64,000 bases of DNA, taken from assembly GCA_016213885.1 (NCBI GenBank), contig JACQZM010000163.1:57590-121589 (forward strand), given 5' to 3'. Shown in pieces: positions 35,473 through 49,521 of this stretch; the first letter of the stretch is position 1; each line of letters starts with the position of its first letter. The notes beneath the pieces are model-generated. The model did not search any database. It saw only the letters and a program-made list of their open reading frames with translations, and was not told where the DNA came from. This stretch comes from Candidatus Rifleibacteriota bacterium (GTDB taxonomy: Bacteria; Muiribacteriota; UBA6191; JACPRK01; JACQZM01). The translations under genes and the position numbers were made by a program.

Positions 35473-36458
35473 CCCGGGACGACGCAAACGAAGGCCCCCG
35501 CCCCTCCCGGGGTCCGCCGCTCCAGTCGAAGACCGGCCAGTTCAGGTCGCTTCGGGGAGCCTTCCCCGCGCCGGAGTTCTCCGCCGCGCTGGCCGAGCAC
35601 GGTCTCGCGCCGCTGAAACCGACCCGGATCCGCACGCTCCAGGTCAACCTGGGGAAGCTCTGCAACCAGGCGTGCCGCCACTGCCACGTCGACGCCGGCC
35701 CCACCCGGACCGAGATCATGTCGCGGCAGACCATGGAGCAGTGCCTCGCCGCCCTGGCCGGGACCGTGATCCCCACGGTCGAGCTGACCGGCGGGGCGCC
35801 GGAGCTGAACCCGCACTTCCGGTGGTTCGTCCAGCAGTGCCGCGCCCTGGGCCGTCACGTCATCGACCGGTGCAACCTGACGGTGCTGGAGCTTTCGGGC
35901 CAGCAGCGCGGCGAGGGTGTGTACGAGACGTCGATTGCGGCGTTGAAGCGACTGAACGCCCTGGGGTACGGCGACGGCCGGTCGGGGCTCAGGCTCGACC
36001 TGGTGACGAACCCGGCCGGGGCCTACCTCCCCCCGGACCAGGGATCGCTGGAGCTGGACTGGAAACGGGAGCTCCAGAGGAGCCACGGCATCGTCTTCGA
36101 CTCCCTGTTCTGCATGACGAACATGCCGATCGGTCGGTTCCTCCAGTGGCTGGAGGCTTCGGGCAACCTGCAGGGCTACGTGGAACGTCTGCTCGGCGCC
36201 TTCAACCCGGTCGCCGCCCGGGCGGTCATGTGCCGGTCGCTGCTGTCGGTCGGGTGGGACGGCCGTCTGTACGACTGCGACTTCAACCAGATGTTGAACA
36301 TGGGAGTGGGCGAGAGCGCCCCGCAGCACCTCGAGGCGTTCGATCTCGCCGCGCTGGAAGCCCGGGAGATCGTGTGCGGTCCCCACTGCTTCGGCTGCAC
36401 CGCCGGGGGCGGCTCCAGCTGCGGCGGCGCCCTGGCCCGGGGGCCGGAGGAGCGCTGA
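35469..36458 (+). CDS. arsS: Arsenosugar biosynthesis radical SAM protein ArsS (Cys variant)
   Basis: Radical SAM CNQACRHC (Cx3Cx2C), then GRFLQWL...GWDGRLYDCDFN and a Cys-rich tail CGPHCFGCTAGGGSSCGG. GTG start at 35469. Confidence 0.8.
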   Translation: MTRDDANEGPRPSRGPPLQSKTGQFRSLRGAFPAPEFSAALAEHGLAPLKPTRIRTLQVNLGKLCNQACRHCHVDAGPTRTEIMSRQTMEQCLAALAGTVIPTVELTGGAPELNPHFRWFVQQCRALGRHVIDRCNLTVLELSGQQRGEGVYETSIAALKRLNALGYGDGRSGLRLDLVTNPAGAYLPPDQGSLELDWKRELQRSHGIVFDSLFCMTNMPIGRFLQWLEASGNLQGYVERLLGAFNPVAARAVMCRSLLSVGWDGRLYDCDFNQMLNMGVGESAPQHLEAFDLAALEAREIVCGPHCFGCTAGGGSSCGGALARGPEER

Positions 36459-36839
36459 CCCTCGGACGCCCACCTGGATACCACCCGGGAGCCGCGGCCG
36501 GCCCGGGCTACCGCCCCGCCGGTTTCGAGAGCAGCAGGGCCGGAGCCGGATCTCCCTGGGCCCGGGAGGCGGCTCCCAGGCGTTCATCCGTGCCGCTGGC
36601 GACGATGAACACCAGACACGCGACGAGCACCGCCAGGACCGCCCAGGACCTGTCTCGATCGAGCATGCGAGGCGACCTCATCGCCGCTTGAAGGTCAAAC
36701 ATGACCATCGGCACGAAGGCGCCGGCGGTTGAGAGCCGAGTAACCTCCCCACCGGTGCAGGTCTCTCGATGGATTGCGGGGGCGAAGCGAGCTATGATGA
36801 TCATGGCTTGCGGGCCGCGGAAGGAGCTGGAGGTGCCCG

Positions 36840-37505
36840 GTGCATCCGCGAACGCCGACGCTGGTGGCGGTGGTGTGGCTCTCGCTCCTGGCCGTGCCCG
36901 TATGCCGGGGTGGAGATGTGGGGTCCGTCCTCATGAGCCCGAGGCCAGAGAGCGCGACTGAGATGGCGACGGAGCCGGCCACGTTCGGCGCCGGGTGCTT
37001 CTGGTGTGTCGAGGCGATCTTCTCGGAGCTGGAAGGTGTCGTCACCGTCGAGTCCGGCTACGCCGGAGGCACCGTGGCCGACCCCACCTACGAAGAGGTC
37101 TGCACCGGCACCACTGGCCACGCCGAGGTCTGCCAGATCCGCTTCGACCCGCGGCGCCTCCGGTACGAAGACCTCCTGGAGGTCTTCTGGAAGACCCACG
37201 ACCCGACCACGCTCGACCGGCAGGGTCACGACCAGGGGACCCAGTACCGTTCGACGATCTTCTATCACGACCAGCGGCAGCAGCAGCTCGCCTTGACGTA
37301 CAAGAAGAAGCTCGACGAGGCCAGGGCGTTCGCGGCTCCGATCGTGACCAGGATCGAGCCGTTCACGAGGTTCTACCGTGCCGAGGGCTACCACCAGGGT
37401 TACTTCCGGGCGAACCCGGAGCAGGGCTACTGCCGGAGGGTCATCGCCCCCAAGCTCGACACGTTCCGCAAGGTGTTCGGCAACAGGTTGAAGAAGGATC
37501 GATGA
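36840..37505 (+). CDS. msrA: Peptide methionine sulfoxide reductase MsrA with signal peptide
   Basis: ATFGAGCFWCVEAIF...GYAGG...HDPTTL...QYRSTIFY is the canonical MsrA active site GCFWC. Confidence 0.9.
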   Translation: MHPRTPTLVAVVWLSLLAVPVCRGGDVGSVLMSPRPESATEMATEPATFGAGCFWCVEAIFSELEGVVTVESGYAGGTVADPTYEEVCTGTTGHAEVCQIRFDPRRLRYEDLLEVFWKTHDPTTLDRQGHDQGTQYRSTIFYHDQRQQQLALTYKKKLDEARAFAAPIVTRIEPFTRFYRAEGYHQGYFRANPEQGYCRRVIAPKLDTFRKVFGNRLKKDR

Positions 37506-39045
37506 GCAGAGCCGCCGGGCGACCGGGCGGACTCGAGGGGGGCAAGATGACCGATCTCGTGTGCGCCGTGGATGCAGGGACGACCCGCATCAAGGCCGCC
37601 CTGGTCGACTCCACGGGAAGGGTGAGACGGCTCGCCGCGGCTCCCACGCCCTCGAGCAGCCCGGGTCGGGCTCTCCCTGACGTGGATGCCCGGGCGTGCG
37701 CGGATCTGACCTGCGACCTGATCCGGTCGGCTCTCCGGAAGGGGTCGATCTCGCCCCGCCGGGTGAAGGCGCTGGTCGTCACGGGCCAGCGCGCCACCGT
37801 GGTGCCGCTCGACCGGGCGGGCGACCCGGCCGGCCCTGGCCTCTCCTGGCAGGACACGCGCTGCGCCCCGGCGCTGGAGCGGTTCCACTCGAGGCTGGGG
37901 GCCCGGCGGTTCTCCCGGATCACGGGGCTCCCGCCCAGCGCCCTGTGGACCCTCGGGAAGATCCTGTGGCTGAAGGAGGCGACCGACGGGGCGGCCCGAT
38001 CGACCCTCCGGTTCGCCCTGCTGGTGGACTACCTGCTGTCGCGCCTGGGAACGCGCGACCTGGTCACGGACCGCTCCCACGCCTCCCTGACCGGCCTCCT
38101 GGATCTCGCCACGTCGGCCTGGTCCGACGAGATCCTCGCGGCCGCGAGGGTCGATCCGTCGCAGCTGCCGGCGCTGGTCCAGTCCGGCTCGATCGTGGGC
38201 AGGCTGAGCCGATCGGCCGCAACGGCCACCGGCCTCGAAGAGGGTACGGCGCTGGTGGCCGGCGGGGGCGACCAGCAGTGCGCGGCGCTGGCCGTGGGGG
38301 CGCTGCAGCCGGGCGTGGCGAGCCTGTGCCTCGGAACCGCGGCGGTGCTGAGCTGTCCGGTGACCCGACCGGTGAGGGACCGGTCCGGCCGCTCGTTCTG
38401 CACCGTCCACGTGATCGATGGACGGTGGATGCTGGAAGGGATCCACAACACCTTCGGCAGCGCCCTGAACTGGGCCCGTCGCCTTCTGGGGCTCACGTCG
38501 AGCCGGGCGTTCATGCGCTGCGCCGCCGGCGGCGCTCCCGGCTCGTCCGGCGCCACCTTCCTCCCGTTCCTGGCCGGCATCGGCTCGCCGGACTACGACG
38601 CCTCGCGTCGTGGCGCGCTGCTGGGTCTGGGGCTCTCGACCGGCCGGTCCGACGTGGCCAGGGCAGTGCTCGAGGGGGTATGCCTGGAGGTCCGCCGGAT
38701 CGTCGACTCCCTGGAGCGCCATGTCCGGATCGAGCGCCTGATCGTCTCCGGAGGCGCCTCGATCCAGCGCTCCGTGGCCTCGATGCTGGCCGGCCTGACC
38801 GGTCGCACCGTCGTGGTCCAGCGGGAACCGGAGACGACGCTCCTCGGGGCGGCGATGCTCGCCTGGACCGCCATCGGCCGGTTCAGCGACCCGGCCGCCG
38901 CGTTCCTCGAGCTGGGAGGATCTCCCGGCAGACCGATGAGGCCCGCGGACCCCGCCGGTTCGGATATACTCAATCGGCGCTATCTTCGACAGCTCCACGA
39001 GCTCAGAAGTCGCGGGGGGCCGGCGGCCCCAGGGGAGGGAGCGGC

Positions 39046-39049
<4 letters not shown>
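37502..39049 (+). CDS. FGGY-family carbohydrate kinase (xylulokinase/glycerol kinase-like)
   Basis: DAGTTRIKAAL (N-terminal sugar-kinase motif) and GGGDQQCAALAVGA...FLPFLAG. ATG overlaps the msrA stop (ATGA). Confidence 0.8.
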
Positions 39050-42465
<3,416 letters not shown>

Positions 42466-45400
42466 GAGTCCCGGGGGCGGAGCGTCCCTCGAGAGAGGGC
42501 AACACCTCGCCGTACCACTTCCAGAGGAGATAGATGGCCGGGTAGACCAGGAGCTCCATGGCGAACGACGTGCCCAGACCGCCGACCATCGGGGCGGCCA
42601 CCCGTTTCATCAGGTCCGCTCCGGTTCCCGTGCTCCACATGATCGGCATCAGGCCCATCGACGCCGCGGCCACGGTCATCAGCTTGGGGCGGATGCGTTT
42701 GACGGCGCCGTGGATGATCGCCTCGTGCAGATCCGCCAGGCTCCTCAGCCGGCCCTCGCGCCGGGCCTGGTCGTACGAGAGATCCAGAAACAGGAGCATG
42801 AAGACCCCGGTCTCGGCGTCCAGGCCCATCAGGGCGATCATGCCGACCCAGACCGCGATGGAGACGTTGTAGTCGAGCAGGTAGAGGAGCCACACCGCCC
42901 CGACGACCGAGAACGGCACGGCCAGCATGACCACCAGGGTCTTGAACGCCGAGCCGGTGTTCAGGTAGAGCAGGAGGAAGATGAGCAGGATCGTCAGCGG
43001 CACGACGATCTTCAGCCGCTCGCGAACCCGGAGCATGTTCTCGTACTGACCGCTCCACACCACCGAGTAGCCCGTGGGCAGGTTCAGCTGCCGGGCCACC
43101 TCCCGCTTTCCCTCCTCGACGTAGCCGCCGATGTCGCGGCCGGTGATGTCGACGTAGACGTAGCCCGCCAGCATCCCGTTCTCGTCCCGGATCATCGCCG
43201 GGCCGTCGACGAGCCGGATGTCCGCCAGTTCGCCCAGAGGAACCTGGCGCCCCATCCGCACGGTGACCAGCACGCGGTGGAGCTGATCGAGATCGGCCCT
43301 CAGATCGCGAGGATAGCGGAGGTTGATCGAGTAGCGCTCCCTCCCCTAGATCGTCGTCGCGATGGTCTCCCCGCCGATGGCGGTCAGGAGGACCGTGTGC
43401 ACGTCGTCGATGGACAACCCGTGACGGGCCAGCGCGTCTCTCCTGGGAGCGATGTCCACGAAGAAGCCGCCCGACGCACGCTCGGCGAAGATGGAGCGCG
43501 TGCCGGGCACCTTCCGCAACACGCTCTCGATCCGCTCCCCGATGCGCTGGATCTGCCCGAGGTCGGCTCCGAAGATCTTGATGCCGATCGGAGTGCGGAC
43601 GCCGGTGGAGAGCATGTCGATGCGCCCCTTGATCGGCATCGTCCAGGCGTTGATGTTGCCGGGGATCTGGAGCGCCCGGTCCATCTCACCGATCAGATCC
43701 TCCCACGAGATGTGCTCGGGCCAGATGTGACCGAGGAGCGCTCGCAGCGGTCCGGGCCAGGACGAGAAGAACCGGGTCTTCTTCCGCCACTGGTCCTTCG
43801 GCTTGAGCACGACGGTGGTCTCCATCATCGAGAACGGGGCGGGGTCGGTGGACGTGTCGGCGCGCCCTGCCTTTCCGAAGACCGAGGCCACCTCCGGGAA
43901 CGATCGGAGGATACGGTCCTGGATCCTCATCAGCCGCTGGGCCTCGGTGACGGCGAGCCCGGGCATCGTCGTGGGCATGTAGAGGATCACGCCCTCGTTG
44001 AGCGGCGGCATGAACTCGGTGCCGAGCCGGAGATAGACCGGCACCGTGCCGGCCACGACGAGAACCGAGAGGGCGATGACGGTCCTGGGGTGTCGCAGCA
44101 CGAAGCGGCAGGGCTTCTCGTAGAGCCAGAACAGCACCCGACTTATCGGGTGCTTGTCCTCGGGATAGTACGTTCCCACGAACAGACCGCTCGCCAGCGA
44201 CGCCAGCCAGCGGGGACGGAACGTGTACGGTTCCATCCGGGCGAACAGCATCCGCACCGCCGGGTCGAGAGTCACGGCCAGCAGGGCGGCCAGCGCGATG
44301 GTCAGAGTCTTGGTGTAGGCCAGCGGTTTGAACAGCCGACCCTCCTGGTCCATCAGGGTGAACACCGGAAGGAACGAGACCGCGATCACCAGGAGCGAGA
44401 AGAAGACCGACGGCCCGACCTCCATCAACGCTTCCAGCCGGATCTTGTGGAAGTCTCCCTTGCGCCCGCCCTCCTGCCAGAGCTCGAGCTTCTTGTAGGC
44501 GTTCTCGACCTCCACGATCGCCCCGTCCACCAGCACTCCGATGGAGATCGCGATGCCGGCCAGGCTCATGATGTTCGACGACAGGCCCGCGGCGTACATC
44601 GGAATGAACGCCAGCACCACCGAGATCGGTATGGTCACGATCGGCACGATCGCGGACGGGATGTGCCAGAGGAAGAACAGGATCACGAGGCTGACGATGA
44701 TCATCTCCATCGTCAGCTCCTCCTTGAGGTTGTCGATCGACTTCTCTATCAGCTCCGAGCGATCGTAGGTGTTGACGACCTCGACGCCCTCGGGCAGCGA
44801 GGGCGCAAGCTGGGCGAGCTTGGCCTTGATCCGCTCGATGACGGTCAGCGCATTCTCTCCGTGGCGCATCACGACGATCCCGCCGACCACGTCGCCCTTC
44901 CCGTCGAGATCGGAGACCCCCCGGCGCATCTGCGGTCCCAGCGAGATGTCGGCCACGTTCCGGAGCAACACGGGCGTCCCTTGCTGGCTGGTCTTCACGA
45001 CCACCTGACCCAGCGTGGCCGGATCGTTCACATAGCCGCGGCCTCGCACCATGTACTCGCGCCCGTTCCACTCGAGGAGTCGACCGCCCACCTCGTTGTT
45101 GCCCTTCCGGATGGCGTCCATCAGCTGCATCAGCGAAAGACCGTGGTCGGCCAGCCGGTTCGGGTCGATCGTCACCTGGTACTGCTTCTGGAAGCCGCCG
45201 ATCGACGCCACCTCGGCCACGCCCGGCACGCTCTGCAGCGCATATCGGAGGTTCCAGTCCTGGAAGGAACGCAGCTTGGCCAGGTCATGCTTGCCCGCCC
45301 GGTCGACCAGGGCGTACTGGAACACCCAGCCGACGCCGGTGGCGTCGGGGCCCAGCTGAGGCGTGACCGAAGGGGGGAGGCTGCCGGTGATCCTCTGCAA

Positions 45401-45774
45401 GTACTCGAGAACGCGGCTGCGGGCCCAGTAGATGTCCGTACCGTCCTGGAAGATGACGTACACGTAGGAGAATCCGAAATCCGAGAATCCGCGGATCGCC
45501 TTGACCTTCGGCACTCCCAGGAGCGCCGTGATGATCGGGTAGGTCACCTGGTCCTCGACGATGTCGGGGCTGCGATCCCACTTCGTGAAGACGATGACCT
45601 GGGTGTCCGACAGGTCCGGGATGGCATCGAGCGCGATGTTCTTCATCGCGAAGATCGCGTAGGCCACCGAGGCCGCGGTCAGCATGATGACGAGCGCCCT
45701 GTTCGTGGCCGAGAACCCGATCAGTCGATGGATGACCGTGGAGGAGGAACCGTGAGGGCTCTCGGTGTCCGTGA

Positions 45775-47016
45775 TCATGGCCGGGTCTCGGCGTTCAGGG
45801 CCTCGATCGCCGCCCTCATGGACGATTCCGAATCGACCAGGAAGTTCGCCGCCGTGACGACGCGGTCGCCCGCGGCCAGACCCGACAGAACCTCGTAGAC
45901 GCCGTCGAAGCGCGAACCGATCGAGATCTCGACCGGGACCAGCCTCCCCCTCCCGGCGTCACGGAACGCGTACATCTTCTCACCGGTCCGCATCACGGCT
46001 TCCTCCGGGACGGCGAGCCTCTCGCCCAGCGAATAGGACAGTCGCGCGTTTGCGAACATCTCGGGCTTGAGCAAGAGGTCGCCGTTGGGAACCGTCATGC
46101 GGGCCTTCATCGTTCGCGTCTCGGGATCCAGTGTCGGGGAGACGAAGGTCACCGTCCCCTTGAAGCTCCGCCCCGGCCAGTAGGGCAGCGTCAAGGTCGA
46201 CGACATGCCGACCTTCACGTAGGGCAGATCCGACGGGTAGATGTCCGCGTCGGCCCAGACCGACGACAGGTCCGCGATGGTGAAGAGCGGCTCCCCCATG
46301 ATCTTCTGGCCGGGCAAGACCGTCCGCTCCAGGACGACACCGGTCGCCGGGGACTGGATCGTCAGCGTCTTGTCCACGGCGCCGGTCCTCTCCAGGCGGG
46401 CGATCTGCGCGTCGGTGATGTCGAACAGGGAGAGCCGCTTTCTCGCGATCTGCATGAGATCCCTGCCGGACTGCAGGGCCGTGAGATACTCCTGTTGCGC
46501 CGTGACCAGCGTCGGGCTGTAGATGGTCAGAAGGGGCTCCCCAGCCTTCACGAACTGACCGGTCGTCGCGACGAAGAGCCGGTCGACCCACCCCTCGACC
46601 TTCACGCTGACCCTGTGGAGTCTGGTCTCATCTGCCACGATGCGCGCCGAAGTGCGAACGATGCGGGACAGGGGGCGTTTCTTCACGGTCCCGAGCGCCA
46701 GTCCCATGAGCTCGCGCGTGGAGGTCGTGATCGACACGGCCGAAAGACCCGCCGGAGTGCCCTCGTCTTCCCCGGGCGAAGACGCGGGAGACTGTTCGAT
46801 CGGCACGAGCTTCATCCCGCAGATCGGGCAGTCGCTGGGTCTGTTATCGATCACGGTAGGGTGCATGGGACAGTGGTACTGCGTGGCCGCGGCGAGGCCG
46901 GGCGAGCTCGAGCCTCCGCCGCAGCCTCCGGCCAGCACCAGCAGGCCGAGCATCGGCGCCAGGAACGCCGCCAGGCCAGGGCGACGGGTCTTCGGGTTCG
47001 ACATGATCCTCCGCAA
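45775..47016 (-). CDS. cusB: CusB-like RND periplasmic adaptor with N-terminal heavy-metal-binding motif
   Basis: YHCPMHPTVIDNRPSDCPICGMKL metal-binding domain plus the membrane-fusion-protein barrel-sandwich/beta-barrel regions. Start overlaps cusA (ATGA). Confidence 0.85.
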   Translation of the reverse strand: MRRIMSNPKTRRPGLAAFLAPMLGLLVLAGGCGGGSSSPGLAAATQYHCPMHPTVIDNRPSDCPICGMKLVPIEQSPASSPGEDEGTPAGLSAVSITTSTRELMGLALGTVKKRPLSRIVRTSARIVADETRLHRVSVKVEGWVDRLFVATTGQFVKAGEPLLTIYSPTLVTAQQEYLTALQSGRDLMQIARKRLSLFDITDAQIARLERTGAVDKTLTIQSPATGVVLERTVLPGQKIMGEPLFTIADLSSVWADADIYPSDLPYVKVGMSSTLTLPYWPGRSFKGTVTFVSPTLDPETRTMKARMTVPNGDLLLKPEMFANARLSYSLGERLAVPEEAVMRTGEKMYAFRDAGRGRLVPVEISIGSRFDGVYEVLSGLAAGDRVVTAANFLVDSESSMRAAIEALNAETRP

Positions 47017-47084
47017 GCCCGGTCCGTCGCCGGGCCGGGACAGGCGCCGGCCGTGATCGTCCTGCGACTCCTGGTCGATGGTCT

Positions 47085-47100
47085 AGCAAGAAGGAGGCCG
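47085..47100 (-). promoter_or_regulatory. Candidate weak sigma-54-type promoter for cusBA (CGGCCT-N5-TTGCT on minus strand)
   Basis: GG/GC spacing is correct and -12 TTGCT is perfect, but -24 is degenerate. It sits about 100 bp from the shared inverted repeat at 47184-47216. Confidence 0.25.
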
Positions 47101-47182
47101 TCGGGCTCGCAGATCGCCGCGAGCCGCCCGGACGCGTGTGACCCATCGATCACACCGGTAGCCTCCGTTGGCGGCGGCCCTT

Positions 47183-47218
47183 TGAGACTATTGTGAGACG
47201 GGCCGGACAATAGTGTGA
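47183..47218. promoter_or_regulatory. AT-rich inverted repeat GAGACTATTGT-N13-ACAATAGTGTGAG, candidate enhancer/UAS for divergent promoters
   Basis: 10-bp arms at 47184-47193 and 47207-47216, within an AT-rich patch of the otherwise GC-rich cusB/DUF3347 intergenic region. Confidence 0.4.
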
Positions 47219-47293
47219 GCTGGCCGCCTCGCCATCAGGAAGAAGCGGGTCGTCATCCGACCGGTTCAGGTCCAGACCGGCGCTCGCCGGCCG

Positions 47294-47309
47294 CCACTCG
47301 ATTGGCACA
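47294..47309 (+). promoter_or_regulatory. Sigma-54 promoter TGGCAC-aggtt-CTGCA
   Basis: Exact -24 GG / -12 GC spacing; located 54 bp upstream of the DUF3347-like gene. Confidence 0.55.
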
Positions 47310-47362
47310 GGTTCTGCATCCACGTTCCACGGACCGGCCGACCGGTCGGTCCCCGCGCGATC

Positions 47363-47950
47363 TTGTGCCGAGGAGGCGCTCCCGTGACTCGTCTCATCAC
47401 CATATCACTCGTGCTGCTAGGCACGATCTCGTCGTCTCTCGCGGCGGACAACCCGGAGTTCGACGGCGCCATGAACTCCATCGCTTCGGAGTACACGGCC
47501 ATCCACAAGGCGTTCTACGGCGACTCGACGACCGGGGTCGACGAGGCGGCCAAGAAGATCGACGAGCTGGCCCGGGCGATCGACCCCTCGACGATCGAGG
47601 GAGAGAACGCCCAGCTGTTCAAGACGCTGCCCAGCCTGCTCGTGGGCTCCACCGCCAAGCTGCTCCAGGCCAAGGACCTCGCCGGGAAGAGGATCGCCTT
47701 CAAGGAGCTGAGCGCCGCCATGGTCAAGTGGGCCCGGGCAGCGAAGCCCCAGGGGATTCACGTCGCCTTCTGCTCCATGGCGAAGGCTCGCTGGCTGCAG
47801 CGCGAGGACAAGGTCTTCAATCCGTACTACGGATCGTCGATGCTCCACTGCGGGACGATGGAAGACAAGCGATCACAGCCCGCGAACACCGGACACGAGG
47901 GGTGCGCCGGCAGCGTCAGCGGTCACGCTGGTAGCACCGGCGATCGATGA
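47363..47950 (+). CDS. Secreted DUF3347-like periplasmic protein with Cys/His-rich C-terminus (candidate metal chaperone)
   Basis: Signal peptide, a helical body, a CSM motif and the tail HCGTMEDKRSQPANTGHEGCAGSVSGHAGS; adjacent to cusBA. Confidence 0.4.
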   Translation: MCRGGAPVTRLITISLVLLGTISSSLAADNPEFDGAMNSIASEYTAIHKAFYGDSTTGVDEAAKKIDELARAIDPSTIEGENAQLFKTLPSLLVGSTAKLLQAKDLAGKRIAFKELSAAMVKWARAAKPQGIHVAFCSMAKARWLQREDKVFNPYYGSSMLHCGTMEDKRSQPANTGHEGCAGSVSGHAGSTGDR

Positions 47951-47987
47951 GAGGGCGGGGGGGGGGCGGCCCGGGTTCTCGCCCCTG

Positions 47988-48052
47988 GTGACTCGGCAGC
48001 CAGGCCGAGGCCTGATCACAGGCCCGACTCCGCGAAACAGGCGGGGGATCCT
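47988..48052 (+). repeat. Copy C of 65-bp hairpin-core repeat, preceded by a G10 homopolymer
   Basis: GGTGACTCGGCAGCCAGGCCGAGGCCTGATCACAGGCCCGACTCCGCGAAACAGGCGGGGGATCC; poly-G at 47957-47966. Confidence 0.6.
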
Positions 48053-48115
48053 GGCGCGGCCTCCTGAGCCTTCTACTCGAGACTGCTCCGAGGTCGTTCC
48101 CGGGATCCCCGCACC

Positions 48116-49261
48116 CTACCGGTCCGGGTCGAAGGCCTGGGCAAGGTCCTCGATCAGATCCTCGGCATCCTCGATGCCCACCGAGAGACGGATGGTCCCC
48201 TCGCAGATGCCTCGGTGCTCCCGCTCGGCCTTCGGGATCGAGCCATGCGTCATCAAGGGTGGATAGCGCGCGAGAGACTCGACGCCGCCGAGGCTCTCCG
48301 CCAGCGAGAAGATCTTCAACCTCTTCAAGAAGTCGTTCGCTTCGCTGGGCCCGCCATCGATCCGGAAGGTGACCATCCCGCCGAAGCCGGTCATCTGGGC
48401 AGCGGCGAGCTTGTGCTGGGGATGAGACCCCAGGCCCGGGTAGGCCACCGACTTCACGCGGGGGTGTCCGGACAGGAACAGTGCGACCCTCCGAGCGTTT
48501 TCTTCGTGCTGCACCATGCGCACGGCCAGCGTCTTCACGCCGCGCAGGATGAGCCAGGCGTCGAAAGGCCCGGGAATCGCGCCCACGGCGTTCTGGTGGA
48601 ACTTGATGGCGTCGGCCAGATCGTCACGACGCGTCACGACTGCCCCCCCGACCACGTCCGAATGCCCCCCGATGTACTTGGTCGTGCTGTGGATGACCAG
48701 GTCCGCGCCCAGGTTCAGCGGGTTCTGAAAATAGGGCGTGGCGAACGTGTTGTCGACGGCGAAGGCGATCTCGTTTTTCGCGCAGATCTCCGCCACGCTG
48801 GCCAGATCGATGACCTGAAGAAGAGGGTTGGTGGGCGACTCCACCCAGATCAGCTTCGTTGTCGGTCGGATGGCCTTCTGGAAATCGGAAGGGTCGACAC
48901 CGTCCACGGTGCAGAAGTCCACCTGTCGGGTCTTGTAGACCGTCTCGAAGAGGCGGTACGTGCCGCCGTACAGATCGGCGTTGGCGACCACGTGGTCGTA
49001 CGGTCTCAGCCACGACAGGGCCGCATCCGCTGCGGCGAGTCCCGATGAGAAGGCACAGGCGTAGCGTCCATCCTCCAGAGACGCGAGGCACTCCTCCAGC
49101 GCCGTGCGCGTGGGGTTGCCGGTGCGCGAATACTCGTAGCCCTTGTGCCTGCCGACCTCCTCCTGCGTGTACGTGGCCGTCTGGTAGATCGGGACCACGG
49201 TGGCGCCGGTAGCCGGATCGGGCTTCTGACCCGCGTGAATCGCCTTGGTCGAGAATTTCAC
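48116..49261 (-). CDS. PLP-dependent transsulfuration enzyme (cystathionine gamma-synthase / beta-lyase / O-acylhomoserine sulfhydrylase family)
   Basis: VKFSTKAIHAG..., lysine motif STTKYIGGHSDVVGG. GTG start at 49261 with RBS GGGAGG. Confidence 0.85.
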   Translation of the reverse strand: MKFSTKAIHAGQKPDPATGATVVPIYQTATYTQEEVGRHKGYEYSRTGNPTRTALEECLASLEDGRYACAFSSGLAAADAALSWLRPYDHVVANADLYGGTYRLFETVYKTRQVDFCTVDGVDPSDFQKAIRPTTKLIWVESPTNPLLQVIDLASVAEICAKNEIAFAVDNTFATPYFQNPLNLGADLVIHSTTKYIGGHSDVVGGAVVTRRDDLADAIKFHQNAVGAIPGPFDAWLILRGVKTLAVRMVQHEENARRVALFLSGHPRVKSVAYPGLGSHPQHKLAAAQMTGFGGMVTFRIDGGPSEANDFLKRLKIFSLAESLGGVESLARYPPLMTHGSIPKAEREHRGICEGTIRLSVGIEDAEDLIEDLAQAFDPDR

Positions 49262-49489
49262 CTGGGGTCTGCCTCCCTGTCGTTGCCGCCGCTGCCGGCG
49301 CCCGAAGTGGTTCCGCCGGTGCCCATCGCCGCCACGGACCGGTCGATGCTCCCGTCGGTGTCCGCCCGGATCTCGGGGCCGGTGGAGCGACAGTGTGCCC
49401 ATGGAGCAAGAATCCGGCCCGGTGGTGGTCTCCAGGACGAAACCCGGCCGACTGGACGCTCCCGCGAGCCAGGCGTCGCCCTCTCTTTC

Positions 49490-49521
49490 GGACTTCTGTG
49501 AAACCGGTTGGAGAATAGTCT
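49490..49521. promoter_or_regulatory. Degenerate inverted repeat GGACTTCTGTG-N12-AGAATAGTCT (same architecture as 47184-47216)
   Basis: AATAGTCT at 49514-49521, partner half at 49491-49500, about 90 bp upstream of the sigma-54 promoter at 49608. Confidence 0.35.

Noticed and set aside
36508-36804. 98-aa minus ORF between arsS and msrA (one predicted TM)
   Set aside because: Short, no RBS, no recognisable family, and it overlaps the msrA promoter region. Insufficient support.
37696-39045. 5' 450 codons of the 1589-aa ORF 37696-42465
   Set aside because: This part is the FGGY kinase gene read in another frame. The hybrid kinase starts at ATG 39046.
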